Positions 55,367 through 64,000 of a stretch of 64,000 bases of DNA are shown here, piece by piece (within the stretch, counting starts at the first letter, position 1; each line of letters opens with the position of its first letter). Under the pieces are notes generated by a model, which saw nothing but the letters and a program-made list of their open reading frames with translations, had not been told where the DNA came from and made no database searches. The stretch is from Octopus vulgaris (lineage: Eukaryota): assembly GCA_951406725.2 (NCBI GenBank), contig OX597824.1, forward strand, positions 84,196,001-84,260,000. Direction: 5' to 3'. Made by a program: the position numbers and the translations under genes.

Positions 55367-56525
55367 GTCATCCCATAAATAATAGTCTTTTTATACTTCT
55401 TTTATTTTTCAAAATTAAGATAAAGTTGTTTTTTTAAACTAAAAAATACTCTCCTTCATTGTCTACAATGCTCTTCCATCTATCTGGTTGACTTGCAAGG
55501 CCCATCTTCCAAAATCCCCTTGTCCGTGATCAAAAATATTCCTCCAGAACTGTTCTGACCTTGTCTACAGAATTCATATTTTTTCCATCCAAATGATTTT
55601 GAAGACTGCGGAATAAATGATAATCAGATGGGGCAATGTCCAGTGCATATGGTCAGTGGAGCATCGTTTCCCATTGAAACTGCTCCAGTGTTTGGAATGT
55701 CATCCTTGCTGTATGGTCATTATCCTTCTTGTGTTGACTTGGGCTGCTGAAGCTGCTCACAGTAGATCTTTGTTATCGCTTGGTTTGGGTTTAAAAGTTC
55801 AAAGTGGACTAAACTTTTCATATCACATCAAACAGATAACAACAGTTAACGTGCATGAGGACTTTCTTTAGCCTGGGGTGCCAGAGTGTTTGCCTTTCCC
55901 TCCCCACTGTCTTTGGCTCTTGACATTTTTATAGAGAACCTATTTCTTATCACCAGTCACTATTCAGTCCAAAAAGGGTGATTTGAAATGTGACAGCAAA
56001 GAAGAACACACATTCACTCTCTGTGTACGATTACACTCGGAAAGTTTGTGAGGAACCCATTGGCCCAATTTGCTGACTTTTTTTATGGCACGTAGGTGTT
56101 GGTGAATGAGCAAATCCAAGCTTTTCTGCTAGTTCTTCAACAGTTATGATGGGATTTTGTTCCACCAGAGTTTGCAGGATGTCCTTGTTGAGCTCTTTAG
56201 ATCTTCCAGGACAAGGCTCGTCTTCTAGGCTGCAGTTTGCAGCTTGGAATTTCTGAAACCACCATTGACACTGGCTTATGATTATTGTCTGATCCCCATA
56301 TACTGCATTAATATTCCTTGCCCTTTCCATTGTGTTGTTGCTTTTATTGAACTCATAAAGCAAAATATGCCGAATATGCTCCTTTGTCACTTCCATTGTT
56401 AAAATCAAACTACACTCTTCAAAACTTGCACTAAGAATAAGTACAAGGTAAAATTACTACCTACTGTTATAGCAAGTTGATGCACATAGTTTATCCCATC
56501 TCTCTCTGACTTTTAGTTCATACAT
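55362..56525 (-). pseudogene. Decayed mariner (DD34D-type) transposon; transposase remnant ~55434-56396
   Basis: MEVTKEHIRHILLYEFNK...LEDEPCPGR (HTH); WVPHKL; IVTGD; PYALDIAPSDYHLFRSLQNHL; one TIR-like end at ~55362, the other not found. Confidence 0.92.
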
Positions 56526-57096
56526 TATATATATAAACATCACAATATATAAACATCACCTCCATCATTGATTTTTCCAAGTAAGGTAATATTTCTCATG
56601 ACCAGACACGTTTTCACAGATGATTGAAAACAAATGACACTGCTTGCACATCAGTGATACTTGTTTAAAACTATCATGTGATGTCAAACAAGGAATCACT
56701 GACACACATCCTCCCTTCTATAGATATGATATACGACGGGCTTCTTTCAGTTTCCGTCTACCAAATCCACTCACAAGGCTTTGGTCGGCCCGAGGCTATA
56801 GAAGAAGACACTTGCCCAAGGTGCCACGTAGTGGGACTGAACCCGGAACCATGTGGTTGGTAAGCAAGCTACTTACCACACAGCCACACATATATGGTTG
56901 TACTGCATTATTACTTGATATCCTGTATATCCTGTGCAGATAATACCGGACTGACTTGGTGCTTCAACTTAAGTACCTAATTCAACTGATTCTCAGTTAT
57001 ATATATACGTATATATACTATGTATATACACCTATATATACAAATATATACATCTGTATGTTTGTATATATATATGTATACATATAAATATATACG

Positions 57097-57410
57097 ACTG
57101 GCCTCGTGCCGGTGGCACGTAAAAAGCACCATCCGTCCGTGGCCATTGCCAGCCTCGCCTGGCCCCCATGCCGGTGGCACATAAAAAGCACCATCCGATC
57201 GTGGCCGTTTGCCAGACTTGTCTGGCACGTAAAAAAAGCACCCACTACACTCATGGAGTGGTTGGTGTTAGGAAGGGCATCCAGCCATAGATACATTGCC
57301 AGATCAAACTGGGCCTGGTGCAGCCTTCTGGCTTCCCAGACCCCAGTTGAACCGTCCAACCCATGCTAGCATGGAAAGCGGATGCTAAACGATGATGATG
57401 ATGATGATGA
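57097..57410 (+). mobile_element. Family D element with three internal units
   Basis: gtgccggtggcacgtaaaaagcacc repeats, then aagggcatccagc...gtccaacccatgctagcatggaaagcgg...(GAT)n. Confidence 0.88.
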
Positions 57411-57415
57411 TACAT

Positions 57416-57462
<47 letters not shown>

Positions 57463-57730
57463 GCTGATGGATTACCAGTTTCATTGGAGTAAAGAACAAA
57501 ATGCTTTGCTCAAATCCCATCAATGTTGACTTGCCCTTTCACCCTTCCATCAGCAATAGGATAAATAGCGATCAGGTTCGGCAATCAATATAATTGACTT
57601 TGCTATGCGTAATCAATAAAGCTGATTACTTATTGATGGATACGTCTGAATAGTGACTAAAAGGTCAGCCGGCGCACTTATCCATGTAGGATATGTAAAA
57701 ATAGGGAACACATACATATATATATATATA

Positions 57731-58125
57731 TCAGCAGTATAGCTCAGCGTTGCTTGGGTTTGTTTTCTTTTCGACCCTTTAGAATTGGAATTTTTGAAAA
57801 GTAAAAATTTTGCATTATGTAGCTTGTTATTCTCTTTAAGTGAACATTTTTCTGGTTGAAACACATCGAAAAATGGTGACACAGCAGTCAAAAAATCATA
57901 AAAAATAGGGATTTTCATAGAAAAAAAGCACCTTTTAGATGTAAATAATTTTTGGTGTTAACATGGTCCGATTTGAATTTTTTCTTCTATGGAATGAAGA
58001 GCAAGCCTTCTATCATACTCTCAATTTTGGACAACTTGTGCCACAGGGTCTTGGAGGAGATAATGTTAGTTGAAGGCTACCAAACCTACCACACACACAC
58101 ACAGACAACTTCAGGTTTATATATA
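57731..58125 (-). mobile_element. Non-autonomous Helitron (subfamily 1), 3' CTAG degraded
   Basis: Reverse complement of 3328-3731; both ends lie in (TA)n. Confidence 0.85.
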
Positions 58126-58148
58126 TATATATATATATTGCTGTAACA

Positions 58149-58320
58149 CAGTGGTTTCCAACCTGTGGTCAACAGACCACTGGTGGTCCTCAAAGGTAGT
58201 AATGTGGGGGGGGGGTCTGTGAACATGTTAAGCTGACAGCCCTTTCAATATCCTTAGGTTCGTGGGAAATCTCATTTAAATAAAAGGGTTCCTTGGTTGT
58301 GAAAAAGTTGAGAACAACTG
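58149..58320. mobile_element. hAT/Charlie-like MITE
   Basis: Imperfect TIR cagtggtttccaac / gttgagaacaactg; 8-bp TSD ctgtaaca / ttgtaaca. Confidence 0.8.
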
Positions 58321-58593
58321 TTGTAACATGATACTAGGAAATTATCAGAAATTTGGTCAATCAATATGTATCTTCATCATTTAACGTCCAGTATTCCAGT
58401 CTTGCATGGATTGGAGGCAGATTTTCTACACCCTGATGCCTTTTCTTTAGCCAGCCCTCACCTGTCTCCAAGCAAGTTGGTATTTCCAAAGTCCAGAGAG
58501 TTATTTTTTTATTTTTCCAAAGAAGACTTAAAACGAATAACATTGCTTGTACGACGATGATGGTTATTTACAACCATCACATGATGTCAAAAC

Positions 58594-59350
58594 TAGGGTC
58601 CTCATGCATACACACATACACACACACACATTTATATACGATTTCTGCCTGTTAAATCCACTCATGAGGTATTGGTCGGCCTGGGGCTATAGCAGAAGAC
58701 ACTTATCAAAAGTTCTGTACACTGGGACTGAACGGAAGGCCATATGTTAGGGTCCTCACGCATACACACGTACGCGCGCAAACACACACCACACATTTAT
58801 ATACGGTTTCTTTATTTCTTTATTGCCCACAAGGGGCTAAACACAGAGGGGACAAACAAGGACAAAGAAACGGATTAAGTCAATTATATCGACCCTAGTG
58901 CATCATCATCGTTTAACGTCCGTTCTCCATGCTAGCATGGGTTGGACGGTTCGACCGGGGATCTGGGAAGCCAGAAGGCTGCACCAGGCCCAGTCTTATC
59001 TGGCAATGTTTCTACAGCTGGATGCCCTTCCTAACGCCAACCACTCCGTGAGTGTAGTGGGTGCATAACTGGTACTTATTTAATCGACCCCGAAAGGATT
59101 ATAGGCAAAGTCGACCTCGGTGGAATTTGAACTCAGAACGTAGCGGCAGACGAAATACTACTAAGCATATCGCCCGGCGTGCTAACATCTCTGCCAGCTC
59201 GCCTTATATACAGTTTCTGCCTGTTAAATCCACTCATGACGCATTGGTTGGCCTGGGGCTATAGCAGAAGACACTTGTCTGAAGTGCTGTAGATTGGGAC
59301 GGAACGGAAGGCCATATGTTTGGGAAGCAAGTTTCTGGATCACAGTCATA
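58594..59350 (-). mobile_element. Nested stack: duplicated old SINE segment > SINE B (58812-59203) > family D (~58903-59060)
   Basis: 154-bp tandem duplication; 15-bp TSD ttatatac(g/a)gtttct; gtgcat duplicated around the D insert. Confidence 0.85.
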
Positions 59351-60216
59351 TTATAATGTTAAATATAAATTACAGTTATTGTGAATATAATTTAGGTGGG
59401 TGTCGGGTTCATGTCTTCTGGTATCTATAAATATGTGTTTAGTTTTTAATGTTTTAACTTCGAAAATATTGTAAATAATTCATTACAATACGTACCTCAC
59501 ATCAGACATAAATACTTGTAAGTACAGAGTTAAATAACAAAACTATGTCAAGCACTCTTTAAGTGTTCACAATTGTATGTGTGTGCACGTACGTACATAC
59601 GTGTGTGTGTGAATGTGTGCAATGGCTGGGATAATTTGGAGTTGATTTGGCGTTGTCATTGTTGTGCAACCACTAAACTGCAATGATGTGATATAATGTT
59701 AGTGATGTGGCAGATTTTTACAAGATAATTTGTATAGTGAATGCAGATGGAAAAGCAGATGGAAATATCTCCAACTGTGTGGCAGCTTCTCGAAGCATGA
59801 ATTCCGTTGATGTCGTCGTCAACACAATGTCAGCCATTAATAGATTGTTTCGTTTTATTCCTTTGATAATTTCATCAATTAAAACATTATGCCGCTTGAA
59901 ATATTGTGACAATTAAAATGTTTTGACAATTACGATATGGCGATAATTAAAACACTGTGTGACACTTAAAATATTGGAACACTCATAATTTTGAAACAAA
60001 ATGTTAGAGCAGTTAAAATAGTATCGTTGTCTAAAATGCTTATCACAACAATCAAATGTAGACGACCCTTTCTTGCTCCGTTCACGTAGCTGAATCTTGA
60101 GAGTGAGAAGGGAAATCAATCTTAGTATTTGACTGGTACAGATACAACACCAACATTCCAAACAGTTCTTGATCCGATTAACATGCAGTTTACTGTAGTA
60201 AAAACGTAAAAGTAAA

Positions 60217-60607
60217 TCTCTCTATATAAAGCTGAAGTTGTCTGTGTATAGCAGGTTTGGTAGCCTTCAACTAACACTATCTCCTCCGAGACCCTGCGGT
60301 GCAAGTTGACCAAAATTGAGAGTATGATAGAAGAAGGCTTGCTCTTCCTTCCGTAGAAGAAAAAATTCAAATCAGACCATGTTAACACCAAAAATTATTT
60401 ACATCAAAAAGGTGCTTTTTTTTCTAAGAAAATCCCTATTTTTTACGATTTTTTTACTGCTGTGCTGCCATTTTTCAGTGTATTTCAACCAGAAAAATGT
60501 TCACTTGAAGAGAATAACAAGCTACATAATGCAAAATTTTTACTTTTCAAAAATTCCAATTCTAAAGGGTAGAAACAAACCAGAGCAACGCCGGGCAATA
60601 CTGCTAG
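60217..60607 (+). mobile_element. Non-autonomous Helitron (subfamily 1)
   Basis: A|TC ... gcaacgccgggcaatactgCTAG|T. Confidence 0.88.
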
Positions 60608-60649
60608 TATAACATTAAAACCATACATATATTTTATAGGATAAAGATC

Positions 60650-60892
60650 CTTCCTGAGTCATACAGATTCATAGAGTTGGTTTCTCAGTTTCCATGGCGT
60701 ATATATTACTCATCTTGATGCAATGCGTGTCCATCGTAGGAATCCTCATTTTCACCAGTTGAGTGGACTGGAGCAACATGAAATGAAGTGTTTTGGTTAA
60801 GAACACAACACGCTTCCCAGTCCAGGAATCGAAACCACAATCTTATGGTCATGAGTCTAGCACCCTAACCAGCAAGCCACGTTCTTCCACTC
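60650..60892 (-). mobile_element. SINE family E
   Basis: Reverse complement of the 16906-17170 family. Confidence 0.8.
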
Positions 60893-61608
60893 ATATTTTA
60901 TGTAATATGAAAACAGTCACATTTACAGGAAAACTTAACAGTCATTGATGCACGAAATGAGATTCGCAAATACTTTGCACCACACATACTCATGAAGATA
61001 TGGTGTAACAAGTGGAGGCTCGTAGATCAAATTAGTGAGGGTGCTGCTTCAGAAAAATTTTAGCCATTGTTTTAATATTGTGTAAAAGGAAACAAACATA
61101 TGAAAAGAAAACTATACAGAAATTAGATTGGTTCATGTTTTAGCCACTACAAGGTAGTGCGTTTAATTTGTTCACTGAACATCACTGCGAATTCCCTCTT
61201 GATTTTCAAAACTCCTCTCTAAATTACAAAATAAGTGGGGAAAATCTGTCCTATTTTTCAAATCCTGGCAGCAACACTGTAGCTGGAAGCAGGATAATAA
61301 TCTAATTCTATACTTTATCACATTCGAGAATATAAACAAGTTTTTAAGCAGAATACATGCGGAGTCAAAAAGAAACACTACCTTTCACCAGCACACCAGG
61401 GTCAGCACTGCGTGAACCACAGTGCTCTCTCTCCCTCGCATGTGGCTTCCTATCTTGGACCTGAGTATGCACACTACAACCAAACACCACATCGCTGGAA
61501 CTGTGAAGCATACAGTTCTATACAAGGATTTTTGTACTTTTTTTCATAAACTAGGGAATGGCTACTGACATTAAGTTTAAGGATTATATAATATACAAGT
61601 ATAAAGTT

Positions 61609-62000
61609 CTAGCAGTATCGCCCGGCGTTGCTCAGGTATGTTTCGACCCTTTAGAATTGGAATTTTTGAAAAGTAAAAATTTTGCATTATGTAGCTTGTT
61701 ATTCTCTTTAAGTGAACATTTTTCTGGCTGAAATACACCGAAAAATGGCGACACAGCAGTCAAAAAAATTGTAAAAAATAGGGATTTTCGTAGAAAAAAA
61801 GCACCTTTTTGATGTAAATAATTTTTGGTGTTAACATGGTCCAATTTGAATTTTTTTCTTCTACGGAATGAAGAGCAAGCCTTCTTCTTTCATACTCTCA
61901 ATTTTGGTCAACTTGTGCTACAGGGTCTCGGAGGAGATAGTGTTAGTTGAAGGGTACCAAACCTGCCATACACAGACAACTTCAGCTTTATATATAAAGA
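61609..62000 (-). mobile_element. Non-autonomous Helitron (subfamily 1)
   Basis: Plus strand CTAGcagtatcgcccggcgttgctc ... gctttatatataaaGA|T. Confidence 0.88.
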
Positions 62001-62355
62001 TTTAATATTTGTTTAACTTAGAGTTGACCACTTTGTGGTCAGAAAAGTCAATATTCCAGAATGGTTTTGGAGTCAAAGGTTCCAGAAAATTAATGTTGTT
62101 CTTGTGTTATATTTATAAACCCCCAAAAGCTGAAAAGCAAAGTTAGCCATAGTGAAATCTGAAATGAAAATGTAGGCGGTTGGAAGACATCACAAGTATT
62201 TTATCTGACATTTTAACAAACCTATCAATTTGCCAACTTAATTAAAATACTGTGACAATTAATTGTTGCAACAATTAAAATTACCACGACTATAAAAATT
62301 AAAATATAGAATTCAAATTATATTTTATGTATGATTACAATGTAAAATACACATA

Positions 62356-62518
62356 GGCGCGGGAGTGGCTGTGTGGTAAGTAGCTTGCTAACCAACCACA
62401 TGGTTCCGGGTTCAGTCCCACTGCATGGCATCTTGGGCAAGTGTCTTCTGCTATAGCCTCGGGCCGACCAATGCCTTGTGAGTGGATTTGGTTGACGGAA
62501 ACTGAAAGAAGCCTATCG

Positions 62519-62555
<37 letters not shown>

Positions 62556-62750
62556 CTGTGTTTGTCCCCCTAGCATTGCTTGACAACCGGTGCTGATGTG
62601 TTTGCGTCCCCGTCACTTAGCGGTTCGGCAAAGGGAGACCGATGGAGTGACTACTGGGCTTACAAAGAGTGAGTCCCGGGGTCGATTTGCTTGACTAAAG
62701 GCGGTGCTCCAGCATGGCCGCAGTCAAATGACTGAAACAAGTAAAAGAGT
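62356..62750 (+). mobile_element. SINE family A, full length
   Basis: ggcgcgggagtggctgtgtggtaag...actgaaacaagtaaaagag. Confidence 0.92.
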
Positions 62751-63071
62751 ATAGATTTAGCTGTAAAAATATATATGAGGCAAACTATTTCTCTTAATTA
62801 TTTACAATTTGTAATGCAGCAAGAAATTGTCAGGATGTTAAAATTTATGGCTGTGGATTTGTATTCCCCAATTTGTATCTTTAATCTTTTATCTTTAACT
62901 TGTTTCAGTCATTAGACTGTGGCCATGCTGGGGCACCACCTTGAAATATTTTAGTTGAACAAATTGACTCCAGTACTTACATTCTTAAGCCTAGTACTTA
63001 GTTATTCTATCAGTCTCTTTTGCCATCACACACATGCACACACACACACACATAAATACATATATATATAC

Positions 63072-63377
63072 AATTATAATTTCTGAGACCCTGAAGCGTG
63101 CCCACTTGACCAGGCATGTATGATAAACTTCATTGTATATGAAGCAGAAGTAACAGCGACACTTCAAAATAACCTCACCTAAAAGAAAAATTACACTGGG
63201 TTATGCGAAGGGGATTTCAAAAACTGTTATGCAAACCGCCTGTTTTCTTTCTCTAACACATCAACAAAAGTAAGGCCACTAAGTTGGCTAGCCACATATG
63301 GAGTTTGAAGACCAACTGAAAACGACATGGAGAAGTGTAGAGAAATCCATGCTATATGTTAATGGATCTAAGAAATG
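63072..63377 (+). pseudogene. Penelope-like GIY-YIG endonuclease fragment
   Basis: DPEACPLDQACMINFIVYEAEVT...KKNYTGLCEGDFKNCYANRLFSF / KATKLASHIWSLK / WRSVEKSMLYVNGSKK; stops and frameshifts. Confidence 0.82.
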
Positions 63378-64000
63378 GTGGTGATGATGATGATGATTCA
63401 TGTTATGGATGAATTCTATCCTCTATTTCCCCCTATTTTCCATATTCTGTTGCTGTTTAGCTTCAGGCCAGGCATAGTTCAACAAAGCTGTGATGAAAGA
63501 CATCTTCAGAGCTTTAGTCTGCCTGTTATCAACAGACTTGCCTGTTGGCATAGGAGGAATACAGACTACAGAACTGAAATAAACAGCAAAGAGTCAAACA
63601 TTTCAGTTTGGTGGGAACCAAAGATAGCTTTGACTTGAGAGTCTTCTTTGTCACTTCTTGTGAAACTATTCACATAAAAAGCTGCTGTGTCATTGACCTA
63701 AATGGCTTAGCAGAATGTGTCATTTATGGGCCAACAAAGTAATCTTTATCTCAGTTGTTCCTAACGTCTAGGGTCTGCAGATCTTTGAGGATTTCACGTG
63801 GGTTGTACTGAGAATCTAGGAAATGAGTTGCATATTTGTTGAGTTGATAGACCTTTCAAAAGCCTGAAGTCTATTTTGTTTTCTTTCATTATTTTACTGG
63901 TTTCAGTCATTTGACTGTGCCCATGCTGGAGCACTGCCTTGAGAGGTTTTTGTTGAATAAATCGACCCCAGGACTTGTTTTAAGGCCTAGTACTTGTTCT

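Overview
AT-rich animal (eukaryotic) DNA with no recognisable host protein-coding exon, most consistent with a large intron or intergenic stretch. The repeat families resemble those I associate with Octopus/coleoid cephalopod genomes; this is inferred from recognition and was not searched. Almost every ORF in the track is a translated microsatellite [(TA)n, (CA)n, (CAT/CAC)n, (TATG)n, (GA)n]. The real content is a dense transposon graveyard: (i) several modular tRNA-derived SINE families, many with clear target-site duplications and nested in one another; (ii) five ~400-bp non-autonomous Helitrons of two subfamilies; (iii) decayed RTE LINE, mariner (DD34D-type) and DD37D (maT-type) transposase relics; (iv) Penelope-like relics, including a GIY-YIG fragment and minimal hammerhead-ribozyme motifs; (v) piggyBac-like and hAT-like MITEs; (vi) a decayed intron-containing tRNA-Met. 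The most distinctive signal is at 33.4-34.8 kb. There, five head-to-tail 5'-truncated insertions of two different restriction-like-endonuclease (R4/Dong-type) retrotransposon families sit in a (TATG/CATA)n microsatellite, suggesting microsatellite-targeted integration. All translations and coordinates were read by eye and may be off by a few bases.
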